From Trichodelitschia bisporula (Eukaryota), in contig ML996691.1 in the NCBI GenBank assembly GCA_010356995.1, forward strand, positions 626,174-690,173: a stretch of DNA of 64,000 nucleotides, given 5' to 3'. The notes under the pieces were generated by a model, which was not told the DNA's origin, did not search any database, and saw nothing but the letters and a program-made list of their open reading frames with translations. Made by a program: the position numbers and the translations under genes. Below, in pieces: positions 39,934 through 53,686 of the stretch (position 1 is its first letter; every line of letters starts with the position of its first letter).

Positions 39934-40027
39934 AGCCCGAGGCGGGGCTCGAACCCGCGACCTTGAGATAATCCCGCCTCGTTGGGAGGATAAGAGTCAC
40001 ACGCTCTACCGATTGAGCTACCCAGGC
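39934..40027 (-). tRNA. tRNA-Lys(CTT) with a 21-nt intron (39970-39990)
   Basis: GCCTGGGTAGCTCAATCGGTAGAGCGTGTGACTCTTA[intron]ATCTCAAGGTCGCGGGTTCGAGCCCCGCCTCGGGCT. A and B boxes, cloverleaf fold, intron after position 37, and a downstream T-run (Pol III terminator) near 39910-39916. Confidence 0.95.
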
Positions 40028-41020
40028 TGGTTGACTTGAATGCCAAAAATTGGGCGTGTGGGATTTTGACCGGAAGGCGCCGGACGGGACAGTCTTCGGC
40101 GGGGATAAGGTCTGCTTGGGTTTGGGGGACAGCTACCGGTTGACGGGGAATAGCTGACGCTGGATGGGATGGCGGTCTTTTTTTGGATATCCATTTGAAT
40201 GATGTTAGACGATCTAGGCTGTATTGGCATGGTCCACTCCCCATTGCCTCGACATCACTTACATCACCAACTAACCTTAGAAAACCTCCAACCCCACACA
40301 CTTTGCGCAAAAGCATAGGATATCACACTGTTCGATTCTCCTATCCTCATGCCTCTCATCCCTACGATGATTAACCCCAGCTCCAGCCCCGTAAAGAACA
40401 ATCACAATCCCATAGAATCCTATGGCCAGTTTCCGCCACCCACACAGCCCACCACCATAGACACAAGCGCCATGCAATATGCAATGGGTAAACCACCCAT
40501 GATACCCGACCATGCTTCCAAAGCGGCTCGTAAGAGAGCTCGCCAAACCCCAAATTAGAGTGGCAGAAACGCAAAACCCCGGCTCCTGATCAAACCCCAT
40601 CCTGCTCAATCCCGCTTATGCCTACACGCCAAACTCAGACAGTATGTCAACGGTCTGGAACTAGCGTTGAACGGTATCAACCTCCCAGCCCAGACAGCGC
40701 CTAATGATCACACCCCATGCCGCATACGTTACCTCTTTGCATGCCGTATCGCAATCCTCCCGAACTCATGCCATCATGACAAATACGCACAAACGCTTCC
40801 GTGACAAAAGACAGAACCAGCGGCGAACCCTGCCACATGAGCACCTGGCCTGTATCCCAATGCCCCAGTAACATCCCTCGTGACCGTGGGCACAAAACGC
40901 CATAACCAGTTCCGAGCCGTCCCATTGGTAAAGTGCATCACTCCCCCAGCACGCAACAACGCCCATCTCACCAACACCTCAACTCTCTCCGCTTCCCCTA
41001 GACCACTAAACCACTGCAAG

Positions 41021-44000
41021 TCATCGAGCAGCCCTTCCTCCCACGTTTCCTGCCTTTGGATCCATAAATTCGTGCGGCTTCCCTGGCTCTTCCGGATCCA
41101 AGAACTTGGTCATCACCATACTGAGCTCCTTAAAGTCGACGGGCTTGGTGACGTAGCTGTTGAAGCCCGCCTCGACGCACTTGGCGTACACGTCGCCGAG
41201 TACGTTGGCCGAGAGTGCAATTATGGGGCTGTGCGGGTAATTATTCCGCCGCTCCCAACGTCGGATATCTTTGCAGGTCTGATAGCCGTCTTTGTTGGGC
41301 ATATGAAGGTCGCACTGGAGGATTAGCGTTATGCGTAAGGGATGAGGTATAATTCTTACCAAGATGATGTGATAGTAGTCCGGCCCCTTCTCGAATACTC
41401 GATCCGTACACTGGACGCCATCCATCACACAGTCGGTCATAATCGCGACCTTTTTCAAGAATTTGAGCAGCACCTGCGCCTCTTAGCATTTCCTCAAAAT
41501 GTGGGAGGCCAAGCCTACCATCTGATTGGTCCGATTGTCCTCCACGAGCAGAACTCGAATCCCACGATTCCCTAGCCGTGCCCTCAGATTGTCGAACACC
41601 AGCTTCTGGCTGACAGCCACAGCCTGCGCACTATCCTGGTTGCGGTCGGTACTCATTTCTCGCTCGCGCTGCGGATCGAAAATGACAGCCACCTTGGACG
41701 GCTTGAGCGGCTTCCACACAAAACGAAGACGGCGCTCCAGCGACAGGCGGTCAAATTCATAGGCGCCACTCGCTTTCTCAGCAATTTCACGACGCTGTGA
41801 AAGGTCCGTGATCAACACGACGCAAGTTGAGCCCTTCGCCTTCTTGGCGATGGTCAGGTCGAGGAAGGCCAGTATCTCCGATACGTCCCACAGGGTGAGC
41901 ACTACATGTGAAAAAATGACCGCACCATCTCCCACAAGCAGATGCCGGCACTCAGCTAGAGACGACATGGGCGTGATGTGGTGCGGTGTACCCTCCGGGA
42001 TGACGCCTTCAATGTGGCGAACAGTAGCCATGCGCGCGTACTGCAGCGGACAGACCACGAGGATGGAGTACATTGTCGGAACGAAGGCAGCTGGAGGAGT
42101 CCCGCTATGCGAAGGGGGAACAACCGTTGCGACGCTCTCAGCTGAGCTCACATCTGAGTGAGAAAGCTTCTCACTCACGCCAGATGCAATTGCACCAGGT
42201 GATTCCGTGAAAGGGAGGGATAGATTCATAGCTTCGGTAGTTTTCGCAGGTAAAGTGCTCGAGTTTAGCGATGAAACTGAAGACTTGTCGGATCGCAAAC
42301 TCGTCTGACCTGTGCGCACCGATGGATTTGAGCTTCCAGAGGATCCAGCGGGCGAAGGAAACAAATACGGAGGCGAGTTGAATGTAGAAGGCGCAGCATC
42401 GGTTGGGACCGCATCTTCCACAAGGGTTTGCAAATGACTCCTTACATGTGCTGCCATGCGGGCATGCGTCATATCAGAATTGTCGGGCGGCAGAGGTGGC
42501 GCCCCCGGGGTCTGAGCAGTGGACACGCTAGGAGTTAGACCAGCAGCGGCGTCATCGGCCGTCGGAAGAGCGAAATTGATGGTAAAGGTAAACGTTGAGC
42601 CCTTCCCGGGAACGCTGCTCGCTTTCATTTTACCGCCATGGAGTTCAACAAGCTGCATTGAGATCGCCAGGCCAAGACCCGTGCCACTATGCTGGCGGGT
42701 GCTGCTGGAGTCGATTTGACTGAAACGCTTGAATAGGTATTCAGCTTCCTTTTCGGTGAAACCACTGCCCGTATCGACCACTTGGAATTCAAGCAAAACT
42801 TCATCAGCCTTCTGGGGCGAGTCATCGCCCTCATACACGGCACAGTTAACAAACACTTCGCCGTGTTGCGTAAACTTGATAGCGTTGCCGACAACGTTGA
42901 GCAGAACCTGACGGATGCGGAACCTATCACCCTTGACACGAGAAGGTACGTGATCCGCGACGATGTAGTTGAGCTCGAGGCCTTTATCAATCGCCATGGC
43001 AGACGTCAGGTCATTGACTTCCTCGATGAGTGATCGCACATGCAGCCACTCCATCTGAAGAGTAATCATGCCGGCCTCAACCTTGGAAAGGTCAAGGATA
43101 TCATTGATCAGGTCCCGCAGCCCTTCAGTACTGTTGCGGATGATGTTGACATGCTCCATTTGTTCGGGACTGAGGTTACTGTCGATGAGGAAGTTAACCA
43201 TCCCGGTGATTCCATTGAGGGGCGTTCGAATCTCGTGCGACATGTTGCTCAGGAACCTCGTTTTAGCATCCATAGTATCTTTGAGCGTCTGCTCCAGCAA
43301 CTTGTGATCGTTGATGTCCGTACAGGTTCCATACCACGTCTCCTCTTCCGTACCATCCTGGCGCGTTGGCTCGGACAGTAGCACACGAACCAAATGCCAT
43401 CGGTACTCCCCATCCTTGTTGCGCAGCCGTACTTCGGTTGAGTAGCTGGGCCGGCCATCAGCGTCCCTGCTGACCTTCAAAATTCCAGTGCTTGCCAGCT
43501 TGAAAAGCTTCGCCTGCGGAAGTGAGGAAGTCGGCGGTGAGAACATGCTAGGGCTCTTGACGGTCCGATCACTCTCGGAACTGTCGTCCTCGTCCTTATA
43601 TCCTGGAGCACTGGCACCGCTAGCACCACTGGCTCGTCGGTTATCTTTCCCAAATAGCGGCATGTCGGGTGGCATTGAGGTTGGAACGTCCGGAGTGCCA
43701 TCCTTATCAATAGTGGGCAGCCGGCATTTGTCAAGATCATCAGGATGTACAAAGTTCATGAAGCCGAGTTCGCGCGCTTGAACTTCTGTCTGTCCGGAGT
43801 AGGTAAGCCATTGCGAATTGCAGAAAGTGAGGCCTCTGGTCCGTGTGACGGCGAAGACGATCTGTGGGCTTGAATTCGCCAACGTACGATACTTGGCTTC
43901 CGACGCCGCAGTCTCGGCTTGCCGGGCAGCATTCACTTCTGCAACATGCTGCTCGTGGATGTCCATGTACGTCCCGGTCCAGTGCACGATCTTCTGCTTC

Positions 44001-47000
44001 CGGTCCTTGAGGGGAGTTGCTCGGACGAAGAACCAGCGGTAGACGCGATCGAACCGCTGCAGGCGCACTTTATGAGAGAACGGCTGACCGGTGGACAGAG
44101 AGCGATGCCACTGCTCCATGTAAGACTCCCTGTCGGACGGATGAATGGACTGCCATGGGTCGCGGAGCACAGTGTACATTTCCCCTCCACGATAAGCGAT
44201 GAACTTCGAATTGACCCAGGTGACGGCCCCCGTGCCTGGATTGGCGGTAAAGATCTGTACCGGTAAGCAGTCGATGATCGTCCTTAGGAGACGCTCAGAA
44301 GGAGGAAGAATTTTATGCGTCTCTTCGTCATCAGGTCCCTTCGGAGAATTCGAATGCCCGGGCGCTGGGGTCTGTACCAGAGGCGTGGTCGTAGATGGCA
44401 AAGACTGAAAAGTCGAGCTGAAGTCAGCACCGTATGAGTGCAGCTGTGAATGCTGCTTGCGCTCCATCCGTTCATGGAGAGTTGGGGCCGCTGAGCCCTT
44501 GTTGGGAACTCGCTTAGATGTCGCCAGGCGTACTGCTCTGATGGTCTCCGATCTCGCATGTCCCTTTTCGTCCGACCGTGACGAAACTGGCTCCATCTTT
44601 GGAGTGTGATCATTATCATCCTCATCTCCTTTCCTGGAAGCCGGTCTAGCGTCCGGAGGGCTCTCTTTCTCTTTCTGGCCCATCTGTGAATGCCCGGGTG
44701 CACCTGGTGTTCCCCCAAAGGTCGTCGCCGTCGACCGCCGTTTGGAGTCAAAATAACTGTCCACCATTTCGGTACCCGTTTGGTGCCCTGGTGTACCGGA
44801 TGCGGAATGCCTGCTAGAAAAGCCTCCCATCGAGTTATCCCACCCTGGAGTGCCCGACATTGACCCACCAGGACTAGCGCGTGAGCGGCCTGAGTAATCC
44901 GACGGACTCGTCATGCTACCTGTAGCAGAGTCATTCGACATATCAATGTCGGCCTCCATTAGATTTTCAAGACCTTCACTCTCCGGCGCTAACAAGGCGA
45001 AACCGACACGGTGTGTGGAAAGGCCCCTGCGGCTCAACCTGCCTGTTGCTTGTCTGTGGGCATCAGTGTAACGGTAAGCTAGCGCGAAGGAGACTGCAAA
45101 ATGAGGCGCAAGAAGCTTCAGCGAGGCAGCGAGGTTCTGAGCAAACGGAACGATGGGTGAGATAAGAGACAGGATTGCGATAGGGGCCTTCCTCGAAGGG
45201 TATTCGGCTGAGCGTCGCCGGCGACCACTCTCGTGGTGAGTTGCAGAACCAGTGTCGTATTCTCCCAGCGAGACCGGCAGAGTTTGCGAGAGCAGAGGAT
45301 GGACCAGAGGAATATGTGCAACAGTGCTTGCTTTGTCAACTCCAATTGCCTCAACCTGTCCGAAGCGAGAGTAGTCCTGTGAACTGTCGCTGGGAATGAA
45401 TGATTCCTCATGCAGGTTCGCCGCGGAGAAAAAAGGATTATCTTCGGGATCAGCCTGTATCGCTGGCGAGGGAGCAGGAGACTGTGCCCAAGGAGATGTT
45501 GGATGTTGTTCATACTCCTCGTAAGCTGATGAGCGCCTCTCTTGCGCAAAGTAATCCCCTTTCTCGCGGTCTCGCGAGCTCAGCTTGCCCTCCGCGACGG
45601 CAGGCTTGGACTTCAGCGTGCTGGGAACACCAAGGGGGTTCGTTCGTTGAGGGTTTTTAGGCCCATGGTAGCCATGCACGTAGTTTCTCGTGAGCGTAAC
45701 CAGCTTGCCGCGTTCAATGATGCGGTTCACTCCTGAAGTATCGAGGAGAGCATCGGTTTCGTAGTTCAGAGCCCTCAGGACGGGCAGAACACTGACGAAG
45801 GGCCCAGTCGGCTTCTCAGATCCAGTACTCGAAAACTCGAGGTCACTGAAGGTCGATGTTCTGGTGCCTCTACGTTCGCGCGATGCCGGAATTGAGGATG
45901 GAGGCGTCTCCGGGGAGTGGTTCAGCTTCGTTCTAGAGGCGGGCGACGGCTGCGCATAGGTAGCAGTTCTCATCAATGCTTTGGGTCTGACAGGTACCCC
46001 CGAGGTGGTAGGCTGCGCATGGTCGGCCTTGTCCCGCTCATGCCCCGCATACGAGTGTCGCGACAAAATCTTAGGCCTCGCTGGCAGCGCGGTCTTCGAG
46101 GTGTCAGTATGGTCGTGCACGTTGCGAAGTGGAACGATGGGGGTGGGTGTTGACGTTACGCTGGACCCGAAGGATGGATGCGCAGTGACAGGGTGATTGG
46201 TACTCGCTGGCTTCTGCTGCTCCTTCACTTTACTGCCAGTCTCCTGCAACGGATGAGGTACGGTGTTAACCTCTGGGGGACCGTCGGCATTGAATGTGGC
46301 CTTTTGACCCCACGGGACGTTCTCCAGTTCGCCAGCATCGGCCGGCACCGCAAGGGATGCGCGTGTGGCCCCGAAATTCTCGTGAAGGATGCGCGACATA
46401 GTTGTCCACCAAGCGTTGATACCGGGCTCCATGTTGAGCGCCAGTACAATCTCATACAGGTTGGGAGTCGGGTAGTGCAAATCATCAGGCGGCATGGTGA
46501 TACCTTCCGGCAAGAAGTCGGCGCCCGTCGCGATGGGAGTAACTACGTCAGATGCGGGAGCTTCCCTAGGGGTGGCATCATCGGCGGACGATATGGTGGG
46601 TGAGAGCATGGTGAATGGACGGTGAAGTGGTGAGGACCAGACGCGAGGACTCCCTGGAACATAGGGGAACGGGTATGAGGGAGTGCGCAATACATTGCTC
46701 GTAGTAGCTGCCACGCTCCCGCGAACGGTCCTGGCCGATTCGGTGGATTCGGTAGACTCAGTCGAAGTCGTCCTCACCCCCGTAGTTAGTAGCGGGCTAG
46801 CAAACGTTTCTTCAAGTGAAGGCGACAGCGACGGCGACGCCTCCTCCTTGATAGGCGACACACGACGAGCGCCCAAGCTTGCCGAACTCACTGTCCTTCC
46901 CACGGATCCGGTCATTCGTGCACGTTGTTGCGTTAAGGAGATTCTTTCGTTGATGGCGTTCTTCAGTTTCAGAATCTCAGCAGCGTCGGCCTCCTTCTGC

Positions 47001-47350
47001 GATTGGCAATGTTCCTCACTCATCAACAGCGCCTCCTCTTCTCTGTCGGATTCCTTGGAGTCATCAGTGCCATCACCTTCTTCGTCCCTTTCGGGTATGG
47101 CAGCGGCGATGACTGCTCGAGCGGAAGGAGGTGAGTGTGAGTGACCAACTCGGAGCGGCGGCGTGATACTCGCTTCGTTGCTTGCGCGACGCAGCGGCGG
47201 TCTACAAGGTGATATATTTTCTGGCGATCGGGGAGTTGGATCCACGTGCTCTTCTGGAGGACTCCGAAGACTTTGAGGCGTAGATTCGTCGCGGGCGGTT
47301 CCTGGGCTTGTCGGCTGCAGAGGTCGATTGGGTGACATCGACGCTCTCAT
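41021..47350 (-). CDS. Hybrid sensor histidine kinase: long N-terminus, PAS/PAC domains, HisKA, HATPase, degenerate receiver-like region, C-terminal receiver (probably group V/HHK2-like)
   Basis: H-box FLSNMSHEIRTPLNGI, N-box QVLLNVVGNAIKFT, G-boxes DTGSG and GTGLGLAIS, PAS motifs IHPSDR and VHPDDL, receiver VLLVEDN...ILCDLHMP...TKP. Introns at 41474-41518 and ~41311-41359. The group assignment is inference from architecture. Confidence 0.93.
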
Positions 47351-50300
47351 GTCGCCGTACAACCAGGCCCCATCAGTACAGAGGTTGATCGCTTGATTGC
47401 CGAGGTTTCGAGCGCAGTGGTGTTGACGCTAAATGCGGCACGCGTGTGACGATATGCGCATGAGAGTACCTGAGGGAGGTGATTAATCGGTAGGAGGTGT
47501 GGTGGGGAGGGACAATCAAGCGCAAAACGAGGCGAAGATGTGTTAATGTTTTGGTGTGCGAGGCGAAGGGACTGGGGGAGACGATGGAGAGAGCGGGGGG
47601 GGGGGTGTTGCGTGGGAGATGTGGAGGGTGCGTGCGCCGCAATGACCGACTAGGGGATCGAGAGGCGGATGACGTAGGGGTAATGTTCCGTTTTGGGGGG
47701 CGAAAGATGCTTGGTGTGTGCGCCTAGGAGTGCAGAGACGGGTTACTACACATGAAACTTGAGAAGGAGAGGGATAGGCGGGTGTATCGACAAGCAACTT
47801 TGCATCTCAACTCACTTCAAAGCTGCTCGGCGGTGTGTAGTCGTGCTTGAGGAGATGCTAATATGTACGTACTCTCTGTGCAGCTGATCTTGAGGCAGGA
47901 ATTAGGCTTAGTGCATTTTTTTTTTCTTCAGTGCTTGAAATGAGAGAAAGGAATCGCATTACTGCACGACGGCAGATCTTAGTTCGACAAGAGTCGGGAT
48001 GACGAGCAGGTTGGCGGATGAGGGGAGAGAGGAATGGGAGTGGAGAACATAGGCAGGGAGCGGGAAGGGATTGCTGCGTACATACAATAGTGGGAGCGTA
48101 CCGTACTTGCTTAGTTTATTATTCCGATCACATCGCCGGGTGATATCTCCAGCACACAACACTCTTGCTGGTCCTCAAAATGATTTGGTTCGATGACAGG
48201 AAAGGTGGGGTGTTCCTCATCAAGGACGGATGAGGTTGCTTTGCTGACTTTAGCCCTGGATTTGGGGGGAGGGGGAAGGATAAAACAGATGGAGCAAATA
48301 ACAAGGCCAGCACAAGAGCAGACAAGGTACGATGTGAAAGGTCCTCCTTTCTCGACATCCACTTTTTGCTCTCTGCTCTTTTGCTGGTGTTTAACGCGTT
48401 TACCACTGGTCTCTCACTCTCTACAGCCTTGGCCTTCACGGCTCCACCAACCTAGGGCCGGAGCTGGGGTTACACGTACCGTCTGTCGTTTGGCGTATTG
48501 GATAGGCAGCTGGTAGGGAGGCTAGGGGGAAGGGGAGGAGGAGAGCATGGGGTTGAGTGGATGAATTGAACGGATGGGTGGATAGGGATGGGGATAGGAC
48601 GACAATGGGTTGGACAAATGCAGGAGAAGGTAAAGGGAAGGTGTTTCCTAGTGGTGGGTATGGCGATGCAGGCAGGTTGGATGAGCGGGGAAGGGAGCGA
48701 GGGCCGACGTTGAAAAGGAGGGAGGGGATGAGCAAAATAATGAGTTTGAAGGAACACAACAAGAGGTGGAAACAACGGTCAAGCAGGGAGTGAGCGACTT
48801 TAGTGGATGTGGGGGGAAGGAGAGATGTGGAGTGGCAGTACTGTACGTAGTAGTAGTACTCCGTAGTGAGTGAGTGAGGCAGAGAGTGAAGTGTCCAGGG
48901 ATGAGAGGGGGAGGAGGTTTTGGTTGGGCCTTGGGGCTTGGGAGGGGAAGGGACGGGGAAAGATGGCCGTGAGACCGTCTTTTTCTGACCCGACGGTAGC
49001 CCTTCTTTTCTCGCGTCAGTTGCGACTCGGTTCGGTCCGCAAAGTATCAGGCCAATACGTGCTAAAGTGCGTACGGATGATACAGTCCGAATATCAAACT
49101 CCTCACTTTCTCCCCACCTCCCTCCCGTCTACGGTACCTACGGAACTAGAAACCCTAGGCGAGATGCCGTCATCGGTTTCACCGGAGCTATATTGCCTTA
49201 ACATCCACACTACCACTCCTCCAAAAATGACTCTTTCGCACCCCTCTCTTTCATGTTGATGATTTCCTCCCTCTCCAAGTAAAAAGAAGCTGAAGGATAT
49301 CGCTCCGCTCACTCTCCGAGAGCCTGCAACGCCTCTCGTGTAACAATCAAGCTGGAAGTGAAGGGAATGGCAGAGAAGGAAAGCAGCAAGCCACAAGCGC
49401 CATCGTCGACGTCCGAAGCCATCTACGTCAGCCAAGAAAAGTTGCTGATCTCGCTGAGGCTCACATCCCTGACCCGGCTGGTGCGTCTCCACCCCCTTCC
49501 CCACGCCAACCTAGAAATGGCAAATCAGCGACGGGAAAGGGCCGAGAGAAAGCGACTTTTCACTTCTCACTTGCAACTGTAAAGAGTGCCGTACACAGTA
49601 GCGATCCGGCTCTCGAATAAACGGAAGTCTCTCCACCGCCTGTTCCTCCGTGACTCCATAACCGCCCGTACCAGCCACCCCGAACGCCTGATGGATATTA
49701 ACCGATGACGCTGGTGATGATGACAGAATGACGTTGATTATTGTGGCCATGAGCCTCCCTCGCTCCTTCCTCCTTCTGATCTCTGACTGGCTGCAAAAAA
49801 CACTAATTAATGTACCTCATCTCATCTCTCCTCGCGTTCATCTCCCACTTCATCCAAACTGCCCTTACTCAGCGATCGGCTATCATCTGTCCTCCTAGCC
49901 ATCTCTATGCCCCACTCTGCACCTACCGTACATCTGCATACGCCTCCACATGCATCCACCCTTCATTCCGCCCATGATGTCCACAATTTCTTTGACTTCG
50001 CAGCGATCCACAGATCTGGGTCGACCTGTCCAATCAAACGGTATACGGAGGCCATCCCTTCAGCGGACCAGGCTCCGGCATGAATCCTGTTCCGACGGGT
50101 ACACGGTGGGCCTATTCGGTGTCTCCATTCAAAGCCGCGTACCCTGTAGGTAATCTTTTCTTTTATTCCGTGCCGAGTGCAGGCCACCAAACGCCCTGTA
50201 CAGCAGGTAGGACAGTCCTCCGGCGTCGAACGGTGCTTCAATGGGGGTTCTTTGGGGGTAGCGACGATATGCGGTTGTAATCCGTAGCTTATTGCAAAGA

Positions 50301-51508
50301 AATTCAACGCTGTACCGGTATGCGTCTTCAACAAGCTCACCGGCGCCACCCTGCACACCTTGTAAGCTCAACTTGCCGAGAAGCACTCTCCCCAGGCTAG
50401 TGGCCACATATTTCGCATCTGCACCAAGCACAGGCCACGAACCATGCACCGGAGCAAAATCTCCGTCGCTGCAAAAGGCACTTCACTGGAAAGTGGTAGA
50501 CGTAAGCCCCCCCCACACATAGGCGCTTCCTATCCCCCAGCAGCCCCACCATAAGCCCCAAATCTCCAGCAGTATCTCGCCGACCCCAGACCCCCTTCCA
50601 TGCATCCAGCATCCTTCAAGGGTTCAACACCCACCATCCCGCCGGCATCTCCCTTCGCCCAACCCCGAAAACCCCCCCGCCAAGACCCACCCGCCCGGTG
50701 CCCGGAGAGGCTGAAATAAGCATCGCTGGGTTGCAGCCACTGCGCCGCCGCCGACCGCGCGAGGCGCCATGCTTTTCCATCTTCCAGGGGGGCCCGCACC
50801 CGTTGCATTGCCATTTGGAATCCTATACCGCCTCAGGCGTGCTTGGCTTGTTGCACACATGGGTTTTCGCATCGGCCGCGCCGGCGGTGGTGGACCACGC
50901 TTGCATGTGCTGCCGCGCGCTTGAGACTTCGTTGGCAGTGAAAGTCCTGCCGCACCGTCCCGTGCACCCGTTTTTTCCCTGCCGGTGTGCTATATGGCGC
51001 CGATCACGTCGGCGAAGGCGTCTGTCTCCGGGCCGCGCTAGTTTCCAATTCACAGAACGAGTCAAGTGCGAGAGTATCAAGCCATGCAGTGAGGGGGAGT
51101 GCATAAGGTTATTGCAATGGCTGTTTTGTTGAACGGCATCTCCGCGCTGCAACTCTCCCTATCCGCGTGCATCCCCTCCGTTCACAACCAGTTTCCCGGA
51201 CCTCGTGTGCAATGCGACCCACGCCAAACGCAGTTTACTGTGACAAGGCTCACATTGCCCCTCTAACCTTCCCTCAAATGCAATCTCGACAAAGGAAAAA
51301 GTGCTCTTTGCGGTGCTCGTAGTGCGCGAATGCGAAAAGCAAACCAATAATCCGAAGAACGAAAATGTAAACGCCGCCCCGGCCATGCAGGAACTCCATC
51401 CCGACGCCCACGCCCGAATCACCATCCTCCACGTACCCCAACCGTGTCTCCGCATCAACAGCTTGTGGGTTCAGCGGCCTGCGCTTCTGCTCCCCTCACA
51501 CCAGCTGA

Positions 51509-52915
51509 CTAGCTCGCCGGTGGAGGTGCCGTAGCCTCCGTTGGCAGCAGTTCGATCTTCCTGATGAGAAAGCTCTTCTCATCCATGAACTGGTCGTCGT
51601 CGGTACGGTCATCGAGAAAAGAGGGGAGGAAGCGCAGAAGCCGGTCGCGATTGTTAATCAGCATGCGCTGAACGGCGTACGACTTATTGGGGTTGGCTAC
51701 GAAAACCTGGAGTGTGTAAGCGAGCGCGCATGGCTGTACATACGGGGAGACTGGCCTTGAACACGTGGAAGCCCTCGTAGTTGATCATCCGTCGGTCATC
51801 AAGCAGCAGCTTCATGCACAGCTTCAGGTGCTCCGATGAGTTGATGTACTTGGTCATGATGTTGTAGTTTGCACGGTCCAGCAGCAGCTCGCCAAGGAGC
51901 TTGATGGATTGACGCTTCGTCACATAATTGTCCGACTGGATGAGCATGCGGTTGTACTTTGAGAAGAACTGATCAAAGTTTGTCTCGAGATACGTTGCCA
52001 CGAGCTCCTTATGTCGGGTGAGGATCTCCTGCGCGCCCATTAGCCCGCTTGCTCCCTACTCCTGCCACAGGTTTATCGACGCCGGCCAAAAGACATACCC
52101 GGAACGTGTTAAATGCGTCGGCGCAAACTTCAAAAGAGCTCTTCACAATCCAGTCAAAGAAGCGCCAAAATACACCCTGCCCACTGGACGGCTTGGCCGT
52201 GTCGACTTCGGCGAGGTTGCGCGCCGCACCATCGGGGCTGGGCTCGTCATACAGCACCAGCGCGGCTACGGCATCATACTTGAGCACTTCGCGCAGGATA
52301 CCGCCACAGGGCATAGCGCTCTCTCGGTGCTCATAGCCGTTGCACAGTGCGATGATAACCTGAGGGCGATTTTGCAATACGTAGTGCAGCGCTACGGGCT
52401 CATCGGCTCCGCCGTTGGGATGCTTGTAGCGCAGGGCATTACTGAATATAAACTGGGTATCTTTACGGGCTTCGAAAGGAATTTTGTGGATGTTGGTTGC
52501 AAGAAGAAGGAGGAGATCTTCGGAGATTAGCAGATTGACCAGTTGGTACACCTGCTCAGGGCTCGTCTCGGTTTCTACGCAGGGGAAACAGACAAAGGTT
52601 AGCCCGGTTCATCCCACGGAGGAGGGGGACTCGGTGGCCTCAAAAAGCACACTCTAGTACCTTGTGTGCCCTGCAGTATCAACTTCATCTGCGCCAGCTT
52701 CTGCGCCAGCGACTCCTCTGCCTAGGAAACGCAACCGTTAGCCGAAGCGCCTAAGGATATAGAGAATGCGGCTGGAGTATCATAGAGGAATGGAGGTAGT
52801 AACTCACCGCGGCCGGCAGCTGATCCACTGTTGACAGCTTCAGTAGCATGTCCTTCGCGCTACGCGCCAGATCTTGGGCTATCTTCTGCTTGTTCCGAGG
52901 GAAGAGGAACGCCAT
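51509..52915 (-). CDS. hymA: MO25-family scaffold HymA (conidiophore development; MOR/RAM pathway); 5 exons
   Basis: [11 protein letters not shown]...[14 protein letters not shown]...[19 protein letters not shown]...[22 protein letters not shown]...EGFHVFKVFVANP...[13 protein letters not shown]. Confidence 0.95.
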
Positions 52916-53686
52916 TGCGGCGGTATATCGGTGACGGACGTAGGTTTACGTGTACGTGCTGCAACCGGCGGGGAGGGGTGCAACCCAAAAGAGAGTCTCG
53001 ATAGTCGGAGGGCAAGTGCGATCGGGAACGGCGGTGGAGGAAAGGCACGGCTGGCTAGAAGGAGAGAACGACAGGCGCAGCGCGGGGAAGGGTGCAGGTC
53101 ATTCCTGGTGGAACTTGACGCGGGGTTACTGCGAGACAGTAGGGTACAGTTGGAGTGTAGTAGGGGACTTGGTAGGCGAGGCGCCACTTGGTTAAGTATG
53201 AAGGTTATATGTATGTACTGTAGTGCATGTACGAAGGGGGAATTGTTGATAATGTGCAACAAACAACGGCGGTGTGGTGCAGCGTGGTTGCTGTGCCTGC
53301 GCGGTGCAGCGGGCGGGAGGGGACGTGACGGGCGTGTGGCGCCGGGAAGGGGGTGGGGTGCGTCGGCCCGGGGCAGAGGCTGGGCCTGAGAGTGAGAGCG
53401 GAACCCTGCGCCTTAAGCCTTGTGGCCTTCGTGATGAGGAATTTGTGTTGGTGATAGGATGGAAAATTAGACAACTTGCGGAGAATGTGGGGTGGTGATG
53501 TCGTTGGATGGTACGGATGAGCAAGGAGTACGGTAGAAATAGGTGGGGGTAAACACAAGTGAACTGCTTGTTGTAGCCGATCCTAGTCTCAGATCCAGCC
53601 TTGCGTTTCCCAGGTTACCCATACATCCGTACATGCTCCCATACGTACATATAGATCGGCATTTCTGATACTCGAACCATCTCATT

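Noticed and set aside
49711..49786. TGATGA...CTGA as a possible C/D snoRNA
   Set aside because: The putative guide is a low-complexity CT tract with no rRNA complement that I recognise, and there is no terminal stem.
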